Assembly (NCBI GenBank): GCA_963763085.1 | Contig: CAVXNB010000003.1 | Coordinates: 469,232-533,231 of the forward strand | DNA: 64,000 bases | Direction of reading: 5' to 3' | From: an uncultured Acidimicrobiaceae bacterium | Lineage (GTDB): Bacteria; Actinomycetota; Acidimicrobiia; Acidimicrobiales; Bog-793 | Part shown: positions 16,825 through 26,821 of the stretch, piece after piece | Numbering within the stretch: the first letter of the stretch is position 1 | How the letters are laid out: each line of letters begins with the position of its first letter | Translations under genes and position numbers: made by a program | The notes under the pieces: model-generated | Databases searched by the model: none | Told to the model about the DNA's origin: nothing | The model's input: only the letters and a program-made list of their open reading frames with translations

Positions 16825-18084
16825 CTAACCGCCGCTGCTGGGTTGTGTCTCCTGCTCGTGGGCGATCGTCTTGCGAATCATCTGGATGCGCTCCGCGGAC
16901 TGATTGACGTCCGCACCTTTGGCCTCGAAGAGCGCCTTACGGTCTTCCTCGGCCTCGGCCTCCGCGCCGGCGTCGGCCGCGGCGAGACGTGCCTCGATCC
17001 CCTCGGCGACCAGCTTCTCCGCCTCGGCGACGAGGGCCTCGACCATCTCGTCCTCTGGCACGACCCGCACGATCTTGCCCTTGATGAAAAGGTGTCCCTT
17101 GTGCCTCCCGGCGGCAATGCCGAGATCCGCCTCGCGAGCCTCGCCCGGACCGTTGACGACACAGCCCATCACGGCCACCTGGAGCGGAAGCGAGCGGGAC
17201 TCGAAAGCTTCCTGGGCCCTACGGGCGATGTCGATCACGTCGATCTCGGCACGCCCGCACGAGGGGCAGGCGATCAGGTCGAGTCCCTTGCGCTCTCGGA
17301 GCCCGAGGGCTTCCAGCAGCTGACGGCCGGCTCGGGCCTCCTGGACCGGATCCGCCGTGAGCGAGTACCGGATGGTGTCGCCGATTCCCTCCGCGAGCAG
17401 CGTCGCGATCCCGGCCGTGCCCTTGATCAGGCCCGCAGGAGGTGGGCCGGCTTCGGTGACGCCGAGGTGAAGCGGGTGGTCGAACGTCTCCGAGGCGAGC
17501 CGGTACGCCTCGATCATGGTCGGGACGTTGGACGCCTTGACCGAGATCTTGACGTCGTCGAAGCCGACCTCCTCGAAGTACGCGAGCTCCATGCGAGCGG
17601 ATTCGACGAGTGCCTCGGGTGTCGCCCCGCCGTACTTCTTGTACAGGTCCGGATGCAGCGACCCCGCGTTCACGCCGATTCGGATCGGCACGCCTCGGTC
17701 ACACGCTTCGGACGCGACGAGCTTGATCTCCTCGGGCTTGCGGAGGTTTCCCGGATTCAAGCGGAGCCCGTGCACCCCGGCCTCCAACGCGGCGAGGGCC
17801 ATCTCGTAGTGGAAGTGCACATCGGCCACGATCGGAACCGGCGAACGAGGCACTATCTGCGCCAGGCCTTCGGCCGCCTCCTGCTCGTTGCACGTGCAAC
17901 GCACGATGTCCGCGCCGGCGCCGGCGAGAGCGTATACCTGGGCCAGGGTCCCTTCAGCATCCGCAGTCTTCGTCACCGTCATCGATTGGACCGACACGGG
18001 AGCTCCCCCACCGACCGGCATCTTGCCGACCATGATCTGCCGTGTCTTGCGCCGTTCTGCCATGGTTACCGCAGCTCTGGCCAT
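16825..18084 (-). CDS. ispG: 4-hydroxy-3-methylbut-2-en-1-yl diphosphate synthase
   Basis: Unmistakable GcpE/IspG sequence (..VSVQSMT..IVRCTCN..RIGVNAGSL..ACPSCGR..GCVVNGPGEA..). The start is uncertain (ATG 18084 or 18063). It carries a charged C-terminal tail of about 45 aa beyond the usual end. Confidence 0.9.
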   Translation of the reverse strand: MARAAVTMAERRKTRQIMVGKMPVGGGAPVSVQSMTVTKTADAEGTLAQVYALAGAGADIVRCTCNEQEAAEGLAQIVPRSPVPIVADVHFHYEMALAALEAGVHGLRLNPGNLRKPEEIKLVASEACDRGVPIRIGVNAGSLHPDLYKKYGGATPEALVESARMELAYFEEVGFDDVKISVKASNVPTMIEAYRLASETFDHPLHLGVTEAGPPPAGLIKGTAGIATLLAEGIGDTIRYSLTADPVQEARAGRQLLEALGLRERKGLDLIACPSCGRAEIDVIDIARRAQEAFESRSLPLQVAVMGCVVNGPGEAREADLGIAAGRHKGHLFIKGKIVRVVPEDEMVEALVAEAEKLVAEGIEARLAAADAGAEAEAEEDRKALFEAKGADVNQSAERIQMIRKTIAHEQETQPSSGG

Positions 18085-18207
18085 CGCGCGCCAGCCTAGT
18101 GGTGTTGCGGCCTCGCCCTCGGTCGCATCCCGAAGCCCGCGAAGCACCGTTTGGCGGATGACTCCGCCTGGCGCCCGGAACCCTCACGTCCCGGCCGCTC
18201 CCCGGCC

Positions 18208-19593
18208 TCAGCCGCCGGGCAGCTGCACCGGGTGCACGATGTTCATGTAGAGCGCCCCGAGCCCCACGATCACGATGAAAAGGAGGAAGACATAGGCGAC
18301 CGGCATCAGCTTGGCAACGTCGGCGTGATAGGCGCGGCCCTTGCGCGAGCGGACCCGCTCGTACACCGCGATCGCCACGTGTCCCCCGTCCAGAGGCAGC
18401 ATCGGGAACAGGTTCACTACGCCGACAAAGAGGTTGATGGCGGCGAGCAGGTAGAGGAGTACCCCGACGTCCTCCCTGGCGGCCTGGGCGCCGATCTGGA
18501 CGGCTCCGACGATGGAGATGATGCCCCCCTGGCCTGAGCCCTGGCCTGTCGCTCCCGTCGTGCCCGACTTGTTGTGGTTGCCGGCGATCGCCACCTGGTG
18601 GGCGAAGTTGCCGAGCCCGTGCAAGGAGAAGACCTGGGCCAGCCCACTGAAGGTCTGGCCGAACAACGACACCAGCCCGGTCCCGGCACGGCCAATTGCC
18701 GTCAGCGGGCCGACGGAGACATTGCGCTCACCGGTCAGCTCGACACCTATCACGCCTTTCGCAGGGCCCGACGGGTCGGCCGCCTGAATCTTTTGACCGC
18801 CGCTCTCCTCCACGATGTGGCGCCCGTCGACCGGGGTGATCGGGATCGTCAGGTCGTGGCCGTCACGGAGCACAAGGAAGGTGAGTTGACGTCCCGGGTG
18901 CGCGTTCACGAAGGCGATAAAGGAGTCCAGATCCGTGTACTTGTGTCCGTCGACGGCGACGATCGTGTCTCCCGGTCGGAGCCCGGCGCGCTGCGCCGGA
19001 GTCTGGCCCTTCGAGAATTGCGTGAGGCTCGAGATCGTCGGCGCCGTCGCGGTCGGCGCTCCCGAGAAGGCATACAGCGAGAAGAGCAGGACGAACGCGA
19101 TGATGAAGTGGACGGCAGAACCGGCGACCGCGACGAGAAGACGCCTCGGGAAGGTGGCCTGGCGGTAGCTGCGGGCCTCGTCGACGGGGTCGACCTCCTC
19201 CAGCATCGTCATGCCGACGATCCGCACGTAGCCGCCGGCGGGAATCGCCTTGACGCCGTACGCCGTCTCCCCACGCCGGATCGACCACAGCTTCGGCCCG
19301 AAGCCCAGGAAGTACTCGGTCACCTTCATCCCGCTCCACTTCGCAGTGGCGAAGTGACCGAGCTCGTGAAGCATGATCATCGCCACCAGGGCGAGGATCA
19401 CGACCAGCACCGGCCAGGCACCGAGAACGATCGCGACGGTGATCCCCGCCGCAACGACCACGAGCAGCCGGAGCAGTGACGGCCAGGCCGACGCAGGTGG
19501 CGGTTCGGACTCGGGTTGCGGCGGCGGCGCCGGCGCCGGCGCCGGCCGCGGTTCGGCCTGAGGCGGCGCGGTCGCGCCAGAGGGGTGATCCAT
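18208..19593 (-). CDS. M50 site-2 (RIP) zinc metalloprotease with PDZ domain (Rip1/RseP-like)
   Basis: HELGHF zinc motif near the N-terminus, a PDZ-like segment (..GLRPGDTIVAVDG..), the C-terminal NLFPMLPLDGG motif, and multiple TM helices. Its position next to dxr and ispG matches mycobacteria. Confidence 0.9.
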   Translation of the reverse strand: MDHPSGATAPPQAEPRPAPAPAPPPQPESEPPPASAWPSLLRLLVVVAAGITVAIVLGAWPVLVVILALVAMIMLHELGHFATAKWSGMKVTEYFLGFGPKLWSIRRGETAYGVKAIPAGGYVRIVGMTMLEEVDPVDEARSYRQATFPRRLLVAVAGSAVHFIIAFVLLFSLYAFSGAPTATAPTISSLTQFSKGQTPAQRAGLRPGDTIVAVDGHKYTDLDSFIAFVNAHPGRQLTFLVLRDGHDLTIPITPVDGRHIVEESGGQKIQAADPSGPAKGVIGVELTGERNVSVGPLTAIGRAGTGLVSLFGQTFSGLAQVFSLHGLGNFAHQVAIAGNHNKSGTTGATGQGSGQGGIISIVGAVQIGAQAAREDVGVLLYLLAAINLFVGVVNLFPMLPLDGGHVAIAVYERVRSRKGRAYHADVAKLMPVAYVFLLFIVIVGLGALYMNIVHPVQLPGG

Positions 19594-19630
19594 CAGGACA
19601 AGTCTCTCGCTTCGCCGGCCCGTCGGGAGG

Positions 19631-20854
19631 TCAGGCCGCCCGCTCGCGACGCTCGACGGCGCTCGCGGCTCTCACCCGGGCGAGCGCATCGGCCCCCAGC
19701 ACGTCGTCCACCTCGGTCAGATCCGTGGGTTCGTGGACCGCGAGCGTCTCGGCCACGACTTCGGCGATCGCCGGCCACGGTAGGCGGCCGTCCAGAAACG
19801 CGGCCACGGCGACCTCGTTGGCGGCATTCAGCCAGGCGGGCGCGCTGCCCCCGGCGCGCCCGGCCTCGTACGCGAGCGGGAGGCAAGGAAACGTTGCCAG
19901 GTCGGGAGGCTCGAACTCGAGACGACCGAGCGTCGCGAAGTCGAGTGATCCGTACGGCTCGACGAGCCGGTCCGGGTAGCTGATCGCGTAGCCGATCGGC
20001 AGACGCATGTCGGGGACCGAGAGTTGGGCGATCGTGGCACCATCGCAGAACTCCACCATGGAGTGCACGATCGACTGCGGATGGACCACGACGTCGATCC
20101 GGTCGTACCCGATGCCGAAGAGCTCGTGCGCCTCGATGACCTCGAGCCCCTTGTTCATGAGCGTCGAGGAGTCGATTGTGATCTTCGGTCCCATCTGCCA
20201 GGTCGGATGGGCGAGGGCGTCCGCGACGGTCACCGACGCGAGGTCTCCTGCGGTCCTTCCCCGAAACGGTCCCCCACTCGCGGTCAGCACCACTCTCGCC
20301 ACGGCATCCGCGCGACCGGACGCGAGGCACTGGTGGATGGCGCAGTGCTCGGAGTCGACCGGAACGAGCTCCGCCCCGGCCGTCGCGCGGGCGCGCTGCA
20401 CCACCGGCGCCCCGGCGACGAGCGACTCCTTGTTGGCGAGAGCCAGCCGCCGACCCGATTCGAGGGCGGCGACCGTGACCCCCAAGCCGGCGAAGCCGAC
20501 CACGGCATTGAGCACCACGTCACCGGTCTCGGCCAGCGAGGCGAGCGCCTCCGGGCCGGCGCGAAGCTCGATACCGTCCGGCAGCAACTCCCTGAGCCGG
20601 CGCTCGAGGGTCGCGTCGGCGATGGCCACGACCCCGGGACGGAACTCCTTCGCCTGTGACGCAAGAAGCTCGACGGATCGAGCCGCGCCGAGGGCGGTGA
20701 CGAGGAAGCGGTCCGGGGCCGAGCGGAGCACCTCGAGGGTCTGGGTGCCGATCGAGCCGGTCGAGCCGACGACGGCAACCCGCCGGCGCGAGTCGTCTCG
20801 GTGCAGAGGTGTTGCGGCTCGGTCGGCGGTCGGCTCGTCCACTGACGGCCTCAT
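19631..20854 (-). CDS. dxr: 1-deoxy-D-xylulose 5-phosphate reductoisomerase
   Basis: ATG at 20854 overlaps the cdsA stop (ATGA). Motifs VAVVGSTGSIGTQTL, LANKESLV and PVDSEH. The 969-aa ORF in the track is this gene plus upstream read-through. Confidence 0.92.
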   Translation of the reverse strand: MRPSVDEPTADRAATPLHRDDSRRRVAVVGSTGSIGTQTLEVLRSAPDRFLVTALGAARSVELLASQAKEFRPGVVAIADATLERRLRELLPDGIELRAGPEALASLAETGDVVLNAVVGFAGLGVTVAALESGRRLALANKESLVAGAPVVQRARATAGAELVPVDSEHCAIHQCLASGRADAVARVVLTASGGPFRGRTAGDLASVTVADALAHPTWQMGPKITIDSSTLMNKGLEVIEAHELFGIGYDRIDVVVHPQSIVHSMVEFCDGATIAQLSVPDMRLPIGYAISYPDRLVEPYGSLDFATLGRLEFEPPDLATFPCLPLAYEAGRAGGSAPAWLNAANEVAVAAFLDGRLPWPAIAEVVAETLAVHEPTDLTEVDDVLGADALARVRAASAVERRERAA

Positions 20855-21906
20855 CCGATGTGGGCCAGGCGGACGAAGTAGTAAGTGGCCGGGAGGACGA
20901 GGAGCAGCGCGTCGATCCGATCGAGCATGCCGCCGTGACCGGGAAGCAACGAGCCCATGTCCTTGACGCCGAGGTCCCGTTTGATCATGGATTCGAGGAG
21001 GTCGCCGAACGGTGCCACGGCGGCGACGATGAGGCCGAGAACGAGCGCTGTGTCGACGCGCCACGGGTGGATCTGGCTCGTGATGCCGACCGATGCTGCG
21101 ATCGCGACGACACAACCGCCGATCAGGCCCTCCCAGGTCTTGTTCGGGCTCACCCCCGGGGCGAGACGGTGCCGGCCGAAAAGGCTGCCGACCGCGTAGC
21201 CGCCCACGTCGTAGCCGACGACGGCGATCATCGCACCGATCAAGAAGGCGATCCCGTGGCGGTGCGGGAAGATCGACGGGTCGAGGAGTAGCCCGACGAA
21301 GGCCCCGAACACTCCGATCCAGACGAATCCGAACACGGTCACCGAGAGGTTTGCCACCGGCGATCGGCGCGTGATCCCCGCCAGGTACCAGACCATCGCC
21401 GACGCGACGTAGATCACGAGCCCGGTGACGATCGCGCTGGGACCCCGGAAGTAGGCAGCGACGATTACCGCAGGCACAGCAACCAACGCGACCAACGTCG
21501 CCGGCTGATAACCCCCGAGACGCAACGAGTTGAACAGTTCGGCGGTCGCCAACGTGGCCGAAACGGCGACCATGGCGAGCACCGCCGGGGGTCCGGCGAA
21601 GAAGCACAGCAGCACGATGGCCGCCAATCCGAATCCGGTGACGGTGGCGACGACCGGATTGCGGGCAGCGACTGCTCTCGGCGGCTTGGGCTCGACAACC
21701 GGCCGCGCTGAGCGAGATTGGCCGGTTCCGCGGCGCCGCGTGCCGCCGGCGCCGGGCGATGGGCGCAGCGATCTCGTCGTCGGTGGCCTCGTCAGGCACG
21801 ACCGGTGGGCTCGGTGATTCCTGGACCAGGTCCTCGGGCGTGACCTCGGGCGCGACGGGAGCCGGCGGCCCAGGGCTCGCGGACTGCGATATCCGTTCGG
21901 GAGCAA
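20851..21906 (-). CDS. cdsA: phosphatidate cytidylyltransferase (core clear, true N-terminus unresolved)
   Basis: The C-terminal approx. 285 aa are a typical multi-TM CdsA (..SPNKTWEG..ESMIKRDLGVKDMG..PGHGGMLDRID..). The first approx. 70 codons of this frame are Arg-rich and look non-coding. See the next feature. Confidence 0.8.
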   Translation of the reverse strand: MLPNGYRSPRALGRRLPSRPRSRPRTWSRNHRAHRSCLTRPPTTRSLRPSPGAGGTRRRGTGQSRSARPVVEPKPPRAVAARNPVVATVTGFGLAAIVLLCFFAGPPAVLAMVAVSATLATAELFNSLRLGGYQPATLVALVAVPAVIVAAYFRGPSAIVTGLVIYVASAMVWYLAGITRRSPVANLSVTVFGFVWIGVFGAFVGLLLDPSIFPHRHGIAFLIGAMIAVVGYDVGGYAVGSLFGRHRLAPGVSPNKTWEGLIGGCVVAIAASVGITSQIHPWRVDTALVLGLIVAAVAPFGDLLESMIKRDLGVKDMGSLLPGHGGMLDRIDALLLVLPATYYFVRLAHIG

Positions 21907-22501
21907 CGGTGGGCGCCTCCGGCCGGGCGACCCAGGACGACTCCTCGCCGGCGTCGAGGAAGTCGTACGCGAACGGGTCGTCCGAAGACGACTCCTCGTA
22001 GTCCGTGACCCTGAGACCCGCGAGGTCGGCGAGGACTTCGTCGGTGTCGTTCCAATCCTCCTGACGCTCGCGCCACACCGGGCCGCCGGGCGGCGGAGGC
22101 GGAGGGCCGCTCCGTCCTGCGGCGGCCTCCTGTTCGAGATCGAGGAGGACCCGGGGAACTTGCAGCGTCGGCGGGTCGGACCAGCTCGGAAGCTCGTGGG
22201 AACCGGTCACATTCCCAGCAACCGTCGAAGCGGCGCTGCCCGCGCCGACGGCTGTGGCCTCGCCGCCGTCGTCCTCGCTTCCGGCGGCCGAGCCATGGGC
22301 GGCCGAGCCATGGGCGGCCGCCCCGTCGTCGGGGACGGCACGCGCAGAGCCGGGCGCGGCTTCCGTCTGCTCGGAGGAGCTACGCACCAAGGCGTCGGCC
22401 GGCGCCACCAGTCCGGCCGCGATCCCGGCCTCGACGCCTGCGATTCGAGCCCGCTCGGTAACCAGCTCTCCGGCCCCTTGCGGCTCCTTTCGCTCCTCCA
22501 A
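21700..22501 (-). CDS. acidic/Pro-rich low-complexity region, probably the N-terminal extension of CdsA but in a different frame
   Basis: The frame of the 969-aa ORF gives protein-like D/E/S/P-rich sequence (..EDWNDTDEVLADLAGLRVTDYEESSSDDPFAYDFLDAGEESS..). A possible TTG start at 22501 is preceded by GAGGGAGG. This frame has no stop before dxr, so it can only end by joining the cdsA frame near 21695-21715. Confidence 0.4.
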
Positions 22502-22609
22502 AATTCCTCCCTCGCGTGATACTCCCAGCACCACCGGCACGTCTTTCGTATCGGCGGTATCGGAAGCTCCCGGCGCGCGACGGATGGCGACGTGCCGGAC
22601 CGCAGCTGC

Positions 22610-23182
22610 TCAGAGCTCGAGCAGCTCCCGCTCCTTGTGGCTCAGCAATCTGTCGATCTCGGCGATCTGTTCATGGGTCAGCTTCTCGAGCTCCTTTTCG
22701 GCGCGATCCAGCTCGTCCGACGAGATATCCCCGTCCCGTTCCAGTGCCTCGAGGTCGTGGCGGGCGGCGCGACGGACGTTGCGTACCGCGACCCGCCCCT
22801 CCTCGGCCCGATGCTTCACGACCTTCACGAACTCTTTCCGTCGCTCCTCGTTGAGCTCCGGGAAGACCAGTCGGATCACCTGCCCGTCGTTCGAAGGGTT
22901 GATGCCGAGGTCGGAGGTATTGAGGGCTTTCTCGATCGCCTTCATCGCACCCTTGTCGTACGGGTTCACGACGAGCACACGGGGCTCTGGCACGCTGAAG
23001 CCCGCGATCTGCTGCAGCGGAACCTCGGACCCGTAGTAGTCCACCTTGATCTTCTCGACGAGCGCGGGCGACGCCCTGCCCGTCCGCACCGTGGCGAAGT
23101 CCGCCTTGGTGTGCTCGACCACCTTGTGCATGCGCTCAACACCGTCTGCGAGCGCGACCGCGATGAGCGAGTCGTCAGTCAC
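22610..23182 (-). CDS. frr: ribosome recycling factor
   Basis: 190-aa full-length Frr (..[27 protein letters not shown]..). Confidence 0.95.
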   Translation of the reverse strand: MTDDSLIAVALADGVERMHKVVEHTKADFATVRTGRASPALVEKIKVDYYGSEVPLQQIAGFSVPEPRVLVVNPYDKGAMKAIEKALNTSDLGINPSNDGQVIRLVFPELNEERRKEFVKVVKHRAEEGRVAVRNVRRAARHDLEALERDGDISSDELDRAEKELEKLTHEQIAEIDRLLSHKERELLEL

Positions 23183-23934
23183 GTGATCAGCGTACCTATC
23201 CGCTCACCGACGAGGGCGGCCCGGATGTTCCCCTCCCGCATCAGATCGAAGACGAGGATCGGGATCTTGTTGTCCCGACAGAACGTGATCGCCGTGAGAT
23301 CCATGACCCGCAGATCCCTGGAAACGACCTCCATGAAGGTAATTTCCTCGTACCGGGTGGCATCCGCGTCGAAACGAGGATCCGCGCTGTAGACGCCGTC
23401 CACCCCCGAATGAGTCCCCTTCAAGATGGCGTCGGCCTCGATCTCGGCGGCTCGCAACGCAGCCGGGGTGTCGGTCGTGAAATACGGATTGCCCATCCCC
23501 GCGGCGAAGACCACGACGCGGCCCTTTTCAAGATGGCGAATGGCGCGACGCCGGATATAGGGCTCACAGACCTCGGCCATGTGAATCGCGGACAGGACCC
23601 GCGTCGGGCAATCCACGCGCTCGAGAGCGTCCTGCAACGCGAGCGCATTGATCACCGTGCCCAGCATGCCCATGATGTCCGAAGTCGCGCGATCCATCCC
23701 CTCGCCCGCCCCGGTCGTGCCTCGCCAGATGTTGCCTCCACCGACGACGATCGCGATCTGCACGTCCAGCTCGTCGCGTGCGGCGCCGATCTCCTTCGCA
23801 AGTCGAGCCACCGTGGAGGCGTCGATCGTCTCCTCGGACGACGAGCTCGCAAGCGCCTCGCCGGAGAGCTTGAGCACGACCCGGCCCCAACGCGGGCTCG
23901 GCCGCTCGTCTCGGCTCGGAGACACCTCGCTCAC
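23179..23934 (-). CDS. pyrH: UMP kinase
   Basis: 251-aa PyrH (..[20 protein letters not shown]..). The stop overlaps the frr start. Confidence 0.95.
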   Translation of the reverse strand: MSEVSPSRDERPSPRWGRVVLKLSGEALASSSSEETIDASTVARLAKEIGAARDELDVQIAIVVGGGNIWRGTTGAGEGMDRATSDIMGMLGTVINALALQDALERVDCPTRVLSAIHMAEVCEPYIRRRAIRHLEKGRVVVFAAGMGNPYFTTDTPAALRAAEIEADAILKGTHSGVDGVYSADPRFDADATRYEEITFMEVVSRDLRVMDLTAITFCRDNKIPILVFDLMREGNIRAALVGERIGTLIT

Positions 23935-23953
23935 GGTTGGCGTGTCGGCCGGC

Positions 23954-24766
23954 TCACGAGCCGACGACGGCCTGAGCGAAACGGATCAGCTCTGCGTCAC
24001 CGAGCACCTGCCCGATGGTCTGCTTCTCGTCCCTGACATACGGTTGGTCGAGGAGCACCCGCTCCTTGTACCACCCCTGAAGCCGACCTTCGACGATCTT
24101 GTCGATGGAAGCCTCCGGCTTGCCCTCGTTGCGCGCGATCGCAGCCGCCGTCCTGCGAAAGTCCTCGACGTGCTCCTGGGGCACGTCCTGTCTGTTGAGG
24201 TACTCGGGACGAGCGAACGCGATGTGGACTGCGATGTCGTGCGCGAGCGACTCGTTGGCTCCGGAGAGCTCGACGAGCACCGCGTTCACGCCGCGGCCGT
24301 TCTGGAGGTGCAGATAGCTGCTGATGACGGCCGTCTCGGGCGCTTCGAAGCGGACCGTCCGGCCGAGCGCGATGTTCTCCTTCAAGAGCATCGAGAGGTT
24401 CTCGATCCGGCCGGCGTAGCCCGCCAGCACTTCCTCACCGTTCACGGCCAGCTCGTCGGCGAGCTCCTCGACGAGCGACACGAATTCAGGCGACTTGGCG
24501 ACGAAGTCGGTCTCACATTCGAGAGTCGCGATCGCCCCGACAGGCCGTGTGCCACCCTGGACGACGACTGCGACCGCACCCTCGCTGCGCTCCCGGTCCT
24601 GACGTTTGGCGGCGCTGATCTTGCCGCTCTCGCGGAGCCATTGTTCCGCTTTGTCCAGGTCTCCGCCGGTCTCCTCGAGGGCTCGCCGGCAGTCCATGAT
24701 TCCGGCCCCGGTCTTCTTCCGTAGCGCCTGAACCAGCTTTGCGCTGATCTCTGCCATCTTGTTCAA
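23954..24766 (-). CDS. tsf: translation elongation factor Ts
   Basis: 270-aa EF-Ts ([29 protein letters not shown]..). Confidence 0.95.
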   Translation of the reverse strand: MNKMAEISAKLVQALRKKTGAGIMDCRRALEETGGDLDKAEQWLRESGKISAAKRQDRERSEGAVAVVVQGGTRPVGAIATLECETDFVAKSPEFVSLVEELADELAVNGEEVLAGYAGRIENLSMLLKENIALGRTVRFEAPETAVISSYLHLQNGRGVNAVLVELSGANESLAHDIAVHIAFARPEYLNRQDVPQEHVEDFRRTAAAIARNEGKPEASIDKIVEGRLQGWYKERVLLDQPYVRDEKQTIGQVLGDAELIRFAQAVVGS

Positions 24767-25863
24767 TCCTCCGTGCTGGTCTCAGCCTCGACGAGCGATG
24801 TCTCAGGCTCGGCCGCAGGCGCCTCGGTCTCGGCCGCAGGCGAGCTCGGTCTCGGCCGCAGGCGCCTCTGGCTCGGCCGGTGGGGTCTCAGCCGCGACCG
24901 ACAAGGTCTCAGCCGGGGCCGGCGCCTCTGGCTCGGCCGCAGGCGTCTCAGCCGCGACCGACAAGGTCTCAGCCGGAGCCGGCGCCTCTGGCTCCGCCGG
25001 CGCCTCGGCCGGCGCCGCCTGCGCTGCCTCGACCGGCGCGGCGCTGCCTGCGGCGCGGCGGCCGGCGGCGCCGGCGCTGCCTCGGCGGGCGCCGGCGCGG
25101 CGGCGGGCGCCGCCGCTTGTGCCGTGGCTTCGAGGCTGGCGCGGCGGGCGTTGTTGGCCGCATCCGCGGCCCGTCGCGAGGCGATGTACCGTCCCTCGGC
25201 CACAGCGTCCGCGATGACGCGGCACATGAGCCTGCCCGCGCGAATGGCGTCGTCGTTGCCGGGAATCACGTAGTCGATGACATCCGGATCACAGTTCGTG
25301 TCGACCACGGCGACCACAGGCAGGTGCAGCTTGTTGGCCTCGGTGACGGCGATGTGCTCCTTCTTCGTGTCGATCACGAAGATCGCGTCCGGTGGCCGGT
25401 CGAGTCGGCGCAAGCCTCCGAGGTTGCGATCGAGCTTCTCGAGCTCGCGCTCGTGGGAGAGCGCCTCCTTCTTCGGCATGGCGGCGAAGTCGCCGGCGTC
25501 GCGGGACGATTCGAGCTCGACGAGCTTGCGAACCCGGCCGGCGACCGTCTGGAAGTTGGTCAGCATGCCCCCGAGCCAGCGCTGGTTGACGTACGGCATC
25601 CCACACGCCGTTGCGAATTCGGCGACGGGGTCCTGCGTCTGCTTCTTGGTACCGACGAAGAGGATCACTCCTCCGCCCGCTACGAGATCTCTCACGTAGG
25701 AATAGGCGGTGTCGACGCGTTCCAAGGTCTGGTTCAGGTCGATGATGTAGATACCGTTGCGCTCGCCGAAGATGAAGCGCTTCATCTTCGGGTTCCAGCG
25801 GCGGGTCTGATGACCGAAATGGACACCGGCCTCGAGCAGTTGTTTCATCGTGACAACGGCCAC
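24763..25863 (-). CDS. rpsB: 30S ribosomal protein S2 with a long repetitive Ala/Pro/Glu-type C-terminal tail (tail frame ambiguous)
   Basis: The N-terminal approx. 250 aa are canonical S2 (..[19 protein letters not shown]..). The tail in the annotated frame turns poly-Arg between about 25040 and 24845. An overlapping frame gives an APAEPE repeat there. Confidence 0.9.
   Translation of the reverse strand: MAVVTMKQLLEAGVHFGHQTRRWNPKMKRFIFGERNGIYIIDLNQTLERVDTAYSYVRDLVAGGGVILFVGTKKQTQDPVAEFATACGMPYVNQRWLGGMLTNFQTVAGRVRKLVELESSRDAGDFAAMPKKEALSHERELEKLDRNLGGLRRLDRPPDAIFVIDTKKEHIAVTEANKLHLPVVAVVDTNCDPDVIDYVIPGNDDAIRAGRLMCRVIADAVAEGRYIASRRAADAANNARRASLEATAQAAAPAAAPAPAEAAPAPPAAAPQAAPRRSRQRRRRRPRRRRSQRRRLRLRPCRSRLRRLRPSQRRRPRLRPCRSRLRPHRPSQRRLRPRPSSPAAETEAPAAEPETSLVEAETSTED
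24858..25004. repeat. 60-bp tandem repeat (about 2.4 copies) inside the rpsB tail, plus shorter 21/22-bp repeats at 24806-24870
   Basis: GTCTCAGCCGCGACCGACAAGGTCTCAGCCGG(G/A)GCCGGCGCCTCTGGCTC.. starts at 24885 and again at 24945. Confidence 0.9.
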
Positions 25864-26035
25864 GTGGTTCTCCCTCCCGACGGTTGAGCTGATCTTGGCA
25901 CCGCGCCCCGAAGGGCGACCGCGGGCGTGCCAAGACGGGCGTCTGAAGGGACCCGGCTGGGTCCCGCTGCCATGGTAGCGGCTCAGCCCCTCCGGTCCGC
26001 CACTCCCGGCGACTGGCGGCGCGGCCGCCTCAGCC

Positions 26036-26821
26036 TCAGGTGGTCAGCTCGTCGCGCAGGCGTTGCCTCAGGTGGAGGACGGCCTTGGTGTGGATCTGAC
26101 AGGCGCGGCTCTCCGTCACTCCGAGGATCTCGCCGATCTCGGCAAGGTTCAGGCCTTCGTAGTAGTAGAGGGTGAGCACCTTGCGCTCCCGGTCGCCCAA
26201 TCTCTGAATGGCCTTCGCGAGCTGGCGCCGCGTCTCCTCGAGCTCGATCGTCGCCCCCGGCGCATCGCCCTTGTCCTGGAGCGTGTCGCCGAGGGTTTGC
26301 CCGCCGCTGCCGCCCTGACGGAACAGCACGTCGTCGAGTTGCAACAGTCCCGCCCGTGACGTCTGGCGAAGGATGTCGTCGAGATCGTCAGTGGTCATCT
26401 CCAGCTCGTCGGCGAGCTCCTTGTCAGTCGGCGATCGCCCGAGCGAGCCTTCGAGCTTCGCAAAAGCCGAATCGACCGCACGGGCTTTGGCGCGCACCGA
26501 ACGCGGCACCCAGTCGATCGAGCGCAGCTCGTCGAGGATCGCGCCGCGGACACGGGGCACGCCGTAGGTCTCGAATTTGATGGCCCGGGACGGGTCGAAC
26601 TTCTCGATCGCGTCGATCAGCCCGAGGATGCCGTAACTCACGAGGTCCGCGTAGTCGACGTGATTCGGCATCGCCGAGGCGACGCGGCCGGCGACGTACT
26701 TGACGAGGGGCGAGTAGTGGAGGATCAGCCGATCGCGGGCGGGACGGTCGGCGGTCGCCTTGAACTCTGCCCACAGCTCTTCGACCGACTGCAACCGGTC
26801 CGTTCCGGCCTGGCTCATCAC
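26036..26821 (-). CDS. whiG: RNA polymerase sigma factor, FliA/WhiG (sigma-28) family
   Basis: 261-aa sigma-70 family protein with regions 2, 3 and 4 (..[55 protein letters not shown]..). Its location near rpsB matches Streptomyces whiG as I recall it. Confidence 0.85.
   Translation of the reverse strand: MMSQAGTDRLQSVEELWAEFKATADRPARDRLILHYSPLVKYVAGRVASAMPNHVDYADLVSYGILGLIDAIEKFDPSRAIKFETYGVPRVRGAILDELRSIDWVPRSVRAKARAVDSAFAKLEGSLGRSPTDKELADELEMTTDDLDDILRQTSRAGLLQLDDVLFRQGGSGGQTLGDTLQDKGDAPGATIELEETRRQLAKAIQRLGDRERKVLTLYYYEGLNLAEIGEILGVTESRACQIHTKAVLHLRQRLRDELTT

Noticed and set aside
19631-22540. 969-aa ORF as a single giant protein
   Set aside because: Only the last approx. 407 aa (dxr) and the first approx. 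270 aa (acidic region) look coding in this frame. The middle is an out-of-frame read through cdsA, whose real frame is ORF 20851..21906.
25864-26035. Structured rpsB leader or whiG terminator hairpins (e.g. GGCACGCCCGCGGTCGCC-CTTCGG-GGCGCGGTGCC and GGGACCC..GGGTCCC on the minus strand)
   Set aside because: Stable GC hairpins are expected by chance in DNA this GC-rich. There is no U-tract, and I have no comparative evidence. It is not reported as a feature.
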